Shown in pieces: positions 19,189 to 30,733 of a stretch of 64,000 nucleotides of DNA. A program made the position numbers and the translations under genes. The DNA is from Candidatus Heimdallarchaeum endolithica (GTDB lineage Archaea; Asgardarchaeota; Heimdallarchaeia; Heimdallarchaeales; Heimdallarchaeaceae). The first letter of the stretch is position 1. Each line of letters opens with the position of its first letter. Under the pieces are notes generated by a model, which searched no databases, was not told the DNA's origin, and saw nothing but the letters and a program-made list of their open reading frames with translations. The stretch spans positions 1,536,001-1,600,000 of the forward strand of contig CP084167.1 in the NCBI GenBank assembly GCA_021513715.1, read 5' to 3'.

Positions 19189-22100
19189 GACAATATAGAC
19201 AAAAGTAATTCAACAAATAAAATTCAAGAACCAAATAGTATAGAAGAAATAGGTATAAAACAAGAAGTAAGACCAGAAGAAAAAGGAACGTCTTATACTG
19301 CAATAACTTCAACTAAAGGAGCAGGAAGTATCAAAATATTAGAGATGACCTAAAATATTCAGAAAGTCACTCTTTAAGTTTAAAAACTACACATACGAAC
19401 TCAATCGATAATTATTTTATTGGAGATCAATATTCTGTTAGTGATATTGGATACAGTCAAGATTCTATAGACTATCAAATAAACTCTATGACACCTATAA
19501 CTGACTTTTATGAAATAGAAGCTCACCCTGATTATAACAATTATAAAAAGCTGAGCTTGGATGATAATAGATTATACGCTCAAGGTTTTGAAATAAAATG
19601 GGATTATGCTAATTTTACGCGAGCAGGTATATATTTATATAAAGATGGAGCAGCGCCGAGTAGTGATAATATTAGTATTTATATAGTTCCTGAAGGTTCA
19701 GATAGTAAACCCAATATCACCAATATTCTCACAAGCACTGGAAATATATCAATCAATGCGCTACCTAGCGCAACTTTTTCATGTTCTCAGTTAGTTAGAT
19801 TACCTATATATGATTTTACAGATATTACTCTTAGCAAAAGAAAATACTATGCTGTTGTTGATTTAGTTGAAACAAGTGATAGCGAAAGTATACATGCAGT
19901 TTGGTATGCTAATGATATAAACGCTGGAGGTTACCCAACTTACAGAAGTGTCGAAAATACACAAGGTACTGTTGTCTGGTATTCGTACAGTTCTGCTTTT
20001 GATTTCACTCTCGAAGTAGAGCTTACCCATCAATTCGTCAGGACAAGTATTGGAGATTACAGACCCAAAAACTATTGATTTAAGTGACAACGGAATAAGA
20101 ATAAATAGTACAAATGAAAAAATTACTGGAAATTTTGTTGGTACATATAAAATTACATCAAATACATCAGTTTCACTTGATATGAATACATATTACAACT
20201 TTTATGATTCATATACTGCAGTTTCATCATTTGAAGCTTCAAACTCTTCTTTTAATTCACATTCAATAAACTGGGAAATAACATGGAGTTCAAATTCTAT
20301 TGATACTACATATACTTTAACTTCTAGAATTCAATCATTAGTTGTTCGAGATGATTGGAATGATTCTTTCAACTGGTTATATAATGGTACTTCTTCTTTC
20401 TCTTCTTCACGAGTTGGTAATAAATATACATGTACTATTGGTACAAATACAAGTGCCGGGGATTGGAAAATAACAACTACATCACCCAATCACATATATT
20501 CAGTATCATTAAGTGAAGATGGAATAGAAACAGATAGATTTTATTTAGGAAATTGGTCAACTGATCAAACCAATGTTTATGGACATAATGGTTCTCAAGT
20601 TGATTTTGAGACTGTAATAAGCGGAAACAATGGTTCAGTTTATAATGAAACAACAGGAACACTAAATATCACCTTATTTGATCCTAATGGAAATGTTCTA
20701 CCGAACAAAGGCAACTTAACAACAATTGATCCAAAATATATTTTCAACGATGTAACAGCCTATACAAAAGCAGGGTTAGGTTTTTCTAGTCCAGGATTAG
20801 TTAAAGATAACATTATTATTGACCCTTCAAATGGAACTGACCTTCCTGGCTTTTGGACAGCAGTTGTATTTTGGAATAATGGAACAGAAGTAGGATTTTA
20901 TACAAAAAGAATTATTGTCCAATCTCAAACATTTTTCACAGCAGAATGGGAGACAGAACCATCTTCTGGTGTTTGGACAAATAGTAATATTGCAAGGAAA
21001 AGTGGAGATACAATAAGAATTAACACAACATTTTACAATATTTCAGAACCATTTTTCAGCGGTTTAGGAACCCCCATACCTGATGCTAGGGTCACTTACA
21101 CTACAGAGTGGGGTAGTTCTGATAATTTAACGGATTATCACCCCATTTACAATGGAACAATATCTGTTTCCACAGGAGTGGGTGTATATTTAATTAGCCT
21201 TGTTGCAACAGGAGCTTTTGTTGAAAATCAAACAAATAATTTTACTGTAAGTGTTTTCTACGAATCAAATATTGATCCAGATTACTTATCTTACACAACC
21301 AATTATACTAATGATGCTATCTTTAAATTTGATTTCCAGGATGTTACAGGTTCTACATCTATGTTACCTGATGATTTAATTGTAAGAATAAATGGGTCTG
21401 TGTTAAACCCAAGTTTCTACTCATATGCTGATAATGGAGGAAAAGTTAAAGTTACAATAAATACTAGTTCTGCTAGTTTGAATCCAGGCTACTGGGAAGT
21501 GGAAGTAGAAGCCTATAAACTTAATTTTAGAAAAAGTTATAGTCAACAGAATGCAACACAACTTTTTGATCTAACAATTACTGATAATCCTACAGATATT
21601 ATTGTTGACTCTGCTGATTCAGAAGTTTATGTTTATTATAATGCCAGCATTGATTTTCGATATAGAGACTTAAACCATTCAGTCGACCTTTATGGTACTA
21701 CTTACTTGGTCTACTCCAACGCTTCCAATGTTGATATTTCTGTTAGTGAATCTTCAGGAGTATATCATATTGATTTACAGAACAACAATTATTCTGTAAC
21801 TGTAATTGGAATCTTTGTCAATATTTCCAAACTAGGATATGAAAGTCAAGAAAAGATTTTACTTGTAGAATTAAACGTAAAAACTAACCCAACAGAAGCC
21901 ACTGTTGAGACTGCTCCAACTGACTGTTACATAGGTTATAACTCTTCAATAGAGATACTTTATAATGATACTGTTCATGATACTGGAATAGAAAGTGCAG
22001 TAGTTACAAACGTAGAAGTTAATGCTACATCACCAATTGACTGGTGGGTTGAGGAACTAGGAAGTAGAAAGTATAACATTACTTTTCTTAACACTAATTC

Positions 22101-24995
22101 ATCAGTTTCAGCTCTAAATATTACTATAACAGTATCAAAAGATGGTTACGTTCTAGCTAAGACATGGGTAATTATTAATCGGGCAGATATTCCAACACAT
22201 TATGAATATTATACTTCTCCTCCAGAAAATATTACTTATTTAGAGACAGAAACTTTCAAAATATTCTACTGGGATGATATCTCAACAATTAAAATAAATA
22301 ACTCTCAGTTATTATTCAGCGGAAATTTGACATCTGTTGCGCTTACTTCCTTCACTGTTTACTCTAATGGAACATATTTTATAACAATCTCCGACCTTAC
22401 TGCTTTTGGCAAATATCAATTAGTAGTGTTATTAACTTTAGATGGTTACGTTGACCAAAGCTTCTCTCTGAGCATTTTACTTTTAAAGAGAGAAACAACA
22501 TTGAGTTCAACTACAGGAACAAACCTACAGATTTACGCAATTGACACCTTAGACCTATTTTTAGAATACAAAGACAAAGATACTGATACAGCAATAGAAG
22601 CAGATGATAACCAAATTTCTTTTGCTCAAGGAACAGGAAATGAAACTTTAACCCTCAGTTTTTACTTTGAATCAATAAGTTACAATGGTTACACAGTCAC
22701 TCTTCATTCTTTCACTTTTGACCCTAATGAAGATACTGCAGCGGGATATGTCTTTGTTTTTAACATAACACTTTCTAAATTCGGATATTCTAACAATTCA
22801 ATTGTCATTTATTTAAGAGTTAATATTAATCCTTCTGACATTCAGTGTGTAGAGGACAGTATAGTTATTGATTCATCACAACAAGCATCATTTACAATTT
22901 TTTATATTGATACTGTTTCTAATAAAAACATTACTGGCGCATTCATTAACGTTTTTCAGTTAAATGGTTCTTCTTCTGATATTGACTCTCTTCTATCATA
23001 TAGTTCTACACCCTTTTACATCGTCTATATTGACCCCGATAATGTAAATGCAGTAGATAAGACTTTTATGTTTAATGTTACACTTTACAAAGCTGGATAT
23101 ACGAATCAATCCTACATTATCTATCTAACCGTAGTCTATAATCCTACAACAATCAATACAGAGGAAACAGAAATAACTATTTTTGCCGATCAAGAGGGTG
23201 AATTTATTCTTTATTTTGTAAATGATAAAACAGATACAAATATCGAAGATGCATTAGTGACCATTGATATAGTTAATGGTTCAATGTATATAGAAGATTA
23301 CCAAGCTACTGGAACAAGTCCATATTATGTGTACATTAACCCTTATGATTCAAATTCCTCTGATTTAACTTTTGAAATAAGCGTCACAATATCAAAAGGA
23401 GGATATGAAGAACAGTCCATTATACTTTATTTACATGTGAAGATTCATCCTACAAAGGTATTTACCTCTAGTGATACACAAACTATATATGCTGATGAAA
23501 TTGCAGAATTTACTGTTTACTACTGGGATATTTACAATGTTTCAGTGGAAGAGGCTAATTATACAGTTACTCTCACTTTTGGTGAAACAATCGATGTTGA
23601 AGGAATAACTTTCTCGTACAATCAAGTGCTGGGCTCATTCATTTTCTCATTTGACTTTAATGATTTTACAGTAACAAACGAAACGTTCATTTTTAATATT
23701 ACAATGTGGAAAGAAGGATTCGAAAATCAATCAATAATTTTAACTACAAAAATTCATGATTTCATCAAATATGATTTAAGCATAATCATCGATGGTGACA
23801 CTATTCACCTTCTGAGCACAGTAACATTTACATTAATCTTGAAAGAAGCATTATTGCAATTACTTGCTAATGATGATACAAAATTGGCTTATTCACCTAT
23901 TGGAGAAAATATAACTTTAACCTTAAATCTTCTTGACAGCTCTAATAATATTATTGAGACATCTATTTTTAACATAACAATAAATAATATCCAAAACAGC
24001 AATTACATTGGACAATTCAAATATAGAATCGAAAGCTGGAGAGCAAAAAGTCTTGAAATTGAATGTACATATCTGCCTAAACAAGCAAATATAGTTTCCA
24101 CAACAAACTTTAATCAATCTTTTGATATTAAATTCCCACTTTTCCATGATCTATTCTACGAATATCTTAGTTACATGATTACAGCGATTTCAATAATCAC
24201 AGTTACAGCAATTACTTTAGCAGTTTACTTTGGTGTAATTCGACCTAAAAAACAAAAGAAACAAGCAAAAAGGAAACAATATTGTGATACTGTTTCCAAT
24301 ATTCTCCAGAGCGTTACTTCTATGAAAAAGGTTCTTATTGTTCATAAAGACACTAGTTCTCCTGTTTATGAATTAGATCTAGGTTCTGATATGAGGGTAA
24401 GTTCAGCACTTGTAACAGGATTTTTACAAGCTGTATCTACAATGGCTAAAGAGATTACAGGAAAAGACAAAGACGTTGTCAAAAAATTAGATTATGGTGA
24501 TTTCATAGTTACTTCTGCAGGGACTAAAAACTATATTACATATATTTTCTCTGATAAAGAACTTTCAGAAGATATAACAAGTGGTTTAAAAGAGTTTGTA
24601 AAATATTTTGAGAGAAGATTTGCACATGTTGCTGAGAACTGAATTGGGTCATTAGAAGAGTATAGAAAAGCAGAAAAAGTAATTTTACGTAATCTAACAG
24701 AGCACCTATATATCTGGACACTATATTCTATTACTACCAACCCTATGATGGAGAAAGAAATAAAGAAATTAGGCCCAATGAGTCAAAAAATAATTAAATT
24801 CGTCAAAAATACTAAAGAAGTAACAATTGGAATAATACTTCAATATTTCAATAGATGGCCAAGAGAAGAAATTATTTCACTTGTCTTTGCTTTAGTTGAA
24901 GATCATTACCTTCTTACAAAAAGAATATAACCCTTCTTTTTTGTCTTTAATGTTAACTTTATTAATTTACCTTAGACTCTTTCTTTTAGATTATA

Positions 24996-25718
24996 ATGAA
25001 AAAGTGGGAAGGATATGCGATCCTTTGCGACATGGACGGAGTCATTATAAGCATTAAAGAAAGATGGATAAAACCTTTTGAAAAAGCACTAAGGAAAGTT
25101 AAACAAGATATAGACGAACATGCTTTAAAAGAGCAAGCTCCATCTTTGCTTCTAACTCATGGAGGAAGAAGTAAAAAAATATGGTTAAGAGCAATTTTTA
25201 AGGTTTGTAGTTATGCAGGTTTGTCTAGGTTTCAATCTTTAAGAGTGATCATAAATATTGGTTTAATGCTTTTAAAACCTAAAAATTTTAAGATTGTTCC
25301 TTTCGATGAAGTTGAACAAACTTTACAAAATTTAAAAGATTTAGGTTTTAAGCTTGCTTTGGTTACTACAGCTTCAAATTTCACTATTAGAAGGTTAAAA
25401 AAACTATATCCTGAAATACATTCTAAATATGATTTTATTTTTACAAGAAATGACGTAAAATTTACTAAACCCTTTCCAGACCAATTAAATTTAGCAATTA
25501 AAAAACTAGAAGTTGAAAGAAACAAATGTGTTATGATTGGAGATTTGATGACTGATATTCTTGCTGGTAAAAATGCTGGAGTAAAAACAGTAGCTATCCT
25601 TAGTGAATATCCATTCATCACTGAAGCTCTCTTGTCATCAGTAGAACCAGATCATATGATTGAATCATTTTCTTTATTGCCAGACTATTTGAACGATATT
25701 TTTAAATTATACAATTAG
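24996..25718 (+). CDS. HAD-family hydrolase (phosphoglycolate phosphatase-like)
   Basis: DMDGVI, LVTT, KPFP, IGDLMTDILAGKNAG. Confidence 0.9.
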   Translation: MKKWEGYAILCDMDGVIISIKERWIKPFEKALRKVKQDIDEHALKEQAPSLLLTHGGRSKKIWLRAIFKVCSYAGLSRFQSLRVIINIGLMLLKPKNFKIVPFDEVEQTLQNLKDLGFKLALVTTASNFTIRRLKKLYPEIHSKYDFIFTRNDVKFTKPFPDQLNLAIKKLEVERNKCVMIGDLMTDILAGKNAGVKTVAILSEYPFITEALLSSVEPDHMIESFSLLPDYLNDIFKLYN

Positions 25719-25808
25719 ACAGTTGAAAAGTTTAACACAATAGTTTTTTTTCCTAGTCTATTATAAGAAAAAGTTCAAAAACGCTATTAAAAACGCTAAC
25801 ATGTAAGA

Positions 25809-26285
25809 ATGAAAAGGCAGTTTAAATTTCCAGAAGTTCTTCTCTATCAATCAACCTATGTTTGGATAAAAGATATAGGAAGAGGCGTTTACGCAATAGG
25901 GATTACAGATTACGCTCAATACTTATTAGACGACATTGTCACAATATCACTACCAGTTGATGATTATGTAGAACAAGGTGACGAACTAATCTCCATCGAA
26001 TCAATTTATGAAACAATTGAAATTGAAAGTCCGTTTACAGGTAAGATTATAGAAATAAATGATGATGTAAAAGATAATCCTGAGCTCTTAAATGAAGATG
26101 CTTTCAGTTCATGGATACTAAAAATTGAAATAACTGATGATGAAGAACTAGATGATTTGTATACAGCAGATGAAGTTTTCGATCTATTTCAAGAAGAACT
26201 TGAAGAACAAGGAGATGAAGAATTAACAAAAGAGTTTGGTGCCTTTGTTCAATTTAACGACGACAATGAAGATGGATGGGTCTAA
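25809..26285 (+). CDS. Glycine cleavage H-protein homolog lacking the lipoyl-lysine
   Basis: IGITDYAQ, ESIYETIEIESPFTG, NPELLNED...WILKI. Confidence 0.8.
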   Translation: MKRQFKFPEVLLYQSTYVWIKDIGRGVYAIGITDYAQYLLDDIVTISLPVDDYVEQGDELISIESIYETIEIESPFTGKIIEINDDVKDNPELLNEDAFSSWILKIEITDDEELDDLYTADEVFDLFQEELEEQGDEELTKEFGAFVQFNDDNEDGWV

Positions 26286-26465
26286 TTTACTTTTATAAAA
26301 AAAGAAACCAAAGATTTTTATATTAAACTTATTGTTGAGGTGTAGATAATAATAGAGGACTTGATGCCTTGGAATTTCGATAGCGCCATTATGGAAACTT
26401 GAATTAATTGTAAATTCTAGTAGAACAATTTTAAAAGTCCTTAACTATTTTGGAGTATTGGAAGT

Positions 26466-27953
26466 ATGAACAACGATAAGGAATCTATTTTTTTACCACC
26501 AGAAGCTATTTTGATTTACAAAATAATTAGCGAAAAAAAGGAACTAGAAATCAATGAACTTGAAAACATTTCAAAACTTTCTAGAGGAAAAATTGAATAT
26601 AACCTTCCTTTTTTGCAAAAACACGACCTATTGGACAGAAAAGAGAGAATAAACAAATATTGTTCTTTAACAAAGGAAGGAGAAGAAGCAGAGAAAAATC
26701 AGTTGATTGAAAGAAGAATATACAACCTAATTAAAGAGAAAAAGAAAGTATCCTTTGCTCAACTTGGAGATTTTATCAAAGTAGACAAAAAAGAATTGAA
26801 TGCAGGAGTAGGTTTACTTCGAAAACTTGATGCTATCATAATTGAAAAAGGAGAGATAAGTATAAAACTACCAGAAAAAGATATTAACATTGAATTACAA
26901 CAACACCTCTCTAAAATAAAAAAAGAGAAAGTGAGTTATTCAGATAAAGTTTCTCCCCTTGTTAAAAGAGGATTAGTGAATATCATTGAGGAGAAACAAT
27001 CATTTTTGATAATAAAAGTTCCTTATTCAAAAATAAAGTCCAGAATTAAAGAATTAATTGAAGTAGGAAGATTGTCTTCAAACATGTTAAGAGATGGAAG
27101 TTGGAGAAAAACTCAATTGAAGGCATATAACCTAAAAGGACAACCTCCCACTTATTTTGTTGGGAGAAAACAACCTTATGCAAGATTCATTGATACTGTT
27201 AAACAGAAACTTGTTGCTTTGGGTTTTCAGGAGATGAGAGGACCTATAGTAGAACTAGAATTCTGGAATTTTGATGCCTTATTCCAAGCTCAAGACCACC
27301 CAGCTAGAGAGTGGTCAGATGTTTATAGAGTTTCAAACCCTAAACATGGTAATCTTCCTAAAGAAGAATATGTAACTAATGTTCAGCAAGCTCATGAAAA
27401 TGGGTATAATACAGGAAGTAAAGGTTGGAGATACAAATGGGACCCTAAAAAAAGTTCAAGACTGGTTTTACGAGCTCAAGGCACTTCTGTCAGCGCTCGA
27501 ACTCTAGTAGATTTGAAAATTCCTTCAAAATACTTTAGCATTTCTCGATGTTATAGACCAGATACTGTTGATGCTACTCATCTTTCTGAATTTAACCAAG
27601 TTGAAGGTATTGTCGTTGATCCTTCCATAACTTTCAGAGATCTTTTAGGAATACTAGAAACATTTGCCCTAGATGTTGCTGGAGCAGAAGAATGTACATT
27701 TAAGCCTGATTATTACCCTTTTACTGAACCTTCTGTTGAGCTTAGCGTTGTTGATCCAAATCTTGGAAGAATAGAATTTGGAGGAGCAGGTATCTTTCGT
27801 CCAGAGGTAACCAAACCATTTGGTATAGATGCACCAGTAATAGCTTGGGGTTTAGGAATTGATAGACTGTTCATGGTTAAGTACGGAATAACAGACATCA
27901 GAGAGCTATTTAGTCACAAAATGGAGTGGTTACGTTCCACAAAAATGGTATAG
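26466..27953 (+). CDS. pheS: Phenylalanine--tRNA ligase alpha subunit (archaeal/eukaryotic type)
   Basis: WNFDALFQAQDHPARE, DATHLSEFNQVEG, YPFTEPS, WGLGIDR. Confidence 0.97.
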   Translation: MNNDKESIFLPPEAILIYKIISEKKELEINELENISKLSRGKIEYNLPFLQKHDLLDRKERINKYCSLTKEGEEAEKNQLIERRIYNLIKEKKKVSFAQLGDFIKVDKKELNAGVGLLRKLDAIIIEKGEISIKLPEKDINIELQQHLSKIKKEKVSYSDKVSPLVKRGLVNIIEEKQSFLIIKVPYSKIKSRIKELIEVGRLSSNMLRDGSWRKTQLKAYNLKGQPPTYFVGRKQPYARFIDTVKQKLVALGFQEMRGPIVELEFWNFDALFQAQDHPAREWSDVYRVSNPKHGNLPKEEYVTNVQQAHENGYNTGSKGWRYKWDPKKSSRLVLRAQGTSVSARTLVDLKIPSKYFSISRCYRPDTVDATHLSEFNQVEGIVVDPSITFRDLLGILETFALDVAGAEECTFKPDYYPFTEPSVELSVVDPNLGRIEFGGAGIFRPEVTKPFGIDAPVIAWGLGIDRLFMVKYGITDIRELFSHKMEWLRSTKMV

Positions 27954-29657
27954 GTGAAAAAGATGGTCACTATAAAAGCAAGTTACACAAAAATGTTGAA
28001 AACTCTTGGAAAGAATCTTTCAATAGAAGAATTGGATAGACTACTTTCTTTTGCCAAATCTGAAATAGACGAATATGTAGAAGAAGAAGATATGCTAGTA
28101 ATAGATGTAAAAACAAGTAACCGTCCAGATTTATGGATTCCTGAGGGGATGATAAGAGAGATAAAAGGCATATGGGGAGAAGAAAAAGGTATTCCGAAGT
28201 TAGAGCTAAAAGAAAGCGATTATAAGGTTATTGTAGATCCAAAACTATCTAAATCCAGACCCTTTATTGCTTGTGCCATCGCAAAAAATGTCACACTAAC
28301 AGATTATAATATCAAACAACTAATGCAGTTATCAGAAAAAATAGATCATTCCTATGGAAGAAGAAGAAAAAGATCTTCTATTGGAATGTACAACTTATCC
28401 ATGATAAAAAGCCCTATTCAATATAAAGTAATTGACAAAAATCACAAATTCATTCCTCTTGGTTATACAGAACCACAAGATCTAGAAACAATTTTAGAAA
28501 CTCATGAAAAAGGAAAGGAATTTGGCTACATTGTTAAAAGTTATGGCCATTATCCTATTCTTTTGTCAGCAGATGGATTAACACTTTCTATGCCTCCAAT
28601 TATCAACAGTAATGATGTAGGTAGAGTTACAGAAGAGACAACTGATATGTTAATTGAAGTAACAGGAACTCACCTTTGTACAGTACATGTTGTGTTAAAC
28701 ATTCTATGCCAAACATTAGCAGATTTAGGAGCAGAATTATATAATGTAACAATAGAATACCCAAAAGAGATATTAGATAAAACTATAGTTACCCCTACAA
28801 TAGAATATGAAGAAATCGAAATTAATCTCAAAGAGATAAACAAATATCTAGGAACTAAACTAAAACCGAAAAAGGTGGAAGAGGTATTAAATAAAAGAAG
28901 ATTTGATGTCAAGAAAATAGATAAAGACATGATTACAGTACTTATTCCTCCTTATAGGACAGACATTTTACACTGGGTTGACATTGCTGAAGAAATTGCT
29001 ATTGGTTTAGATTATAACAAAATGGGTCCTACAAAATGGAAAGTTCTTACAACTGGAGGACTTTTACCAGAAACAGAAAGTGAAAACATAGTAAGAGATA
29101 TTCTTGTTGGAACTGGTGCAATAGAAGTAATAACTAACACTTTAACAGATCCTGATATACTAACAATAAAAGTAAACATTGAAGAGGACAATTTTGTTAA
29201 GATTTCAAATCCTGTAAGTAAAAACTATAGTGTTATTAGAAACAGTATTTTTCCCAATTTAATAAATATACTTTCTAAAAACACCCATGAAACATATCCA
29301 CAGGTAATCTTTGAGGTAGGAGAAATTGTTAAGTTAGACAAAGGAAGAACTTGGACACAGACCAACGCAGCCTATATGTTAGCAGACACAGAAACAAGCT
29401 TTGAGGATGCTCATAAGGTTCTAGATCAAATGATGAGATTACTTGAAACTAATTATAATCTAATCGAGACTGAACATCCATCATTTATTAGAGGAAGAAG
29501 CGCAGAAATAGAAATTGAAGGCAAAATATGTGGAATCATAGGAGAGGTTAACCCCGAGGTTTTAGAAAAAAATCAAATATGGATGCCTACAGTAGGTTTC
29601 GAAATAGAACTACCATTAATTCCCTCTTTAGAATGTAAAAAGAAGTATACTTATTGA
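27954..29657 (+). CDS. pheT: Phenylalanine--tRNA ligase beta subunit
   Basis: NRPDL, SMPPIINS, PPYRTDILH..DIAEEIAI; directly follows pheS. Confidence 0.95.
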   Translation: MKKMVTIKASYTKMLKTLGKNLSIEELDRLLSFAKSEIDEYVEEEDMLVIDVKTSNRPDLWIPEGMIREIKGIWGEEKGIPKLELKESDYKVIVDPKLSKSRPFIACAIAKNVTLTDYNIKQLMQLSEKIDHSYGRRRKRSSIGMYNLSMIKSPIQYKVIDKNHKFIPLGYTEPQDLETILETHEKGKEFGYIVKSYGHYPILLSADGLTLSMPPIINSNDVGRVTEETTDMLIEVTGTHLCTVHVVLNILCQTLADLGAELYNVTIEYPKEILDKTIVTPTIEYEEIEINLKEINKYLGTKLKPKKVEEVLNKRRFDVKKIDKDMITVLIPPYRTDILHWVDIAEEIAIGLDYNKMGPTKWKVLTTGGLLPETESENIVRDILVGTGAIEVITNTLTDPDILTIKVNIEEDNFVKISNPVSKNYSVIRNSIFPNLINILSKNTHETYPQVIFEVGEIVKLDKGRTWTQTNAAYMLADTETSFEDAHKVLDQMMRLLETNYNLIETEHPSFIRGRSAEIEIEGKICGIIGEVNPEVLEKNQIWMPTVGFEIELPLIPSLECKKKYTY

Positions 29658-30589
29658 TTAAGTTCTTTTTCTTTCTTTTTATTTTCGTTTTTTATAATTA
29701 CTAGAATACGTTCCCATATAGCATCTAATAATGAGTAGATAACTCTTTGTTGATCTTGTGTTTCAATAATAGGTATTTTATGTCGATTTGCTTCTTCAAC
29801 AAGATATCTCTGAATAGTTCGTATTTCCTCAAAAGCATTAATATAACGCTCTGCATTTCTTTCTACCACTTTTAACCCTCTTCTCTTAAATCGTTCAAGA
29901 TGTTCATGTTCATCTTTTAAGTGTAGAAGAAAAAGCATTACATGTTGTTGACTTATCGTTTCTGTTTTAAACAAGTTAGGAGATAAATGGACACCTTCGA
30001 TAATTGTGTTTTCTCTAGAGTACATAGCTGATTCAATAATAGCTTCAACACCTACAATCACTAATCTACTTTGTTCTTCAAATCCTACAATACTTCTATC
30101 TAAAATCGGATTTATTTCTGACTTTAAATACTTGTAAGCTTCATATGAACTTCCATATAACTCAGGAACTAATTTTTTTGAAATACTCTGCCTTAATATT
30201 TCCCTTATCATATCAGTTCCAATTATATTTGTTATTTCTAGTCTACGTGAGAGTAGTGAAGCGATAGTGCTTTTTCCTATTCCAGGAACTCCAGCTAACA
30301 AAATAATGATTGGCTTGTATACACCCTTTTGTTCAAAAGCGATATATCTCTGTGCATACAAGGGATTAAATTTTTCAAGACTATCTAGGACTATCTGTGA
30401 AAAAGATTCCTGAGAGAGTGTTTTACTTGTCTTACCTACTTGTAATTCTATTTGAGTTGCTAATTCATAAGCATTAATTTCATCTAAACCTATAGCATAA
30501 AAAGTACGAGAAAGAATCCCTTTAGAAAAAATTGTTTTTTTTCCTGATTTTGTCCTAAATTTGATAAAGTTAGATGAAGGTTTACTCAT
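29651..30589 (-). CDS. 2-phosphoglycerate kinase-family protein (ATP-cone-like N-terminus)
   Basis: FSKGILSRT; GVPGIGKS; GTDMIRE; IIEGVHL. Confidence 0.8.
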   Translation of the reverse strand: MSKPSSNFIKFRTKSGKKTIFSKGILSRTFYAIGLDEINAYELATQIELQVGKTSKTLSQESFSQIVLDSLEKFNPLYAQRYIAFEQKGVYKPIIILLAGVPGIGKSTIASLLSRRLEITNIIGTDMIREILRQSISKKLVPELYGSSYEAYKYLKSEINPILDRSIVGFEEQSRLVIVGVEAIIESAMYSRENTIIEGVHLSPNLFKTETISQQHVMLFLLHLKDEHEHLERFKRRGLKVVERNAERYINAFEEIRTIQRYLVEEANRHKIPIIETQDQQRVIYSLLDAIWERILVIIKNENKKKEKELNQ

Positions 30590-30733
30590 TGAGAAGTTTA
30601 GGTTTTAAAGATATAAAAATTTGGTGTGATTCGAGCCATTATTTTATAATTTCAATTTTGAATCAAAAAAACAAACTGCTTGGATTAGGCTATCAAAACT
30701 TTATTATATAAAAACTATCAATTTTTTCTCAAT

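Larger units (their letters stand above)
18036..24930 (+). pseudogene. Decayed giant (~1,950 aa) single-pass surface protein: Ig-like repeats, TM, cytoplasmic longin-like + wHTH tail
   Basis: Removing the IS rejoins ...IFDN-IDKSNST...; frameshifts at ~19317-19350 and ~20020-20078; in-frame TGA at 24640 followed by open frame to 24930. ORF pieces: 18036-18184, 19488-20078, 20050-24642, 24745-24930. Confidence 0.8.

Noticed and set aside
24640-24642. In-frame TGA as selenocysteine or programmed readthrough
   Set aside because: It aligns to a Trp (ENW.G) in the paralog at 37211, and the gene carries other lesions, so a TGG>TGA nonsense change is simpler
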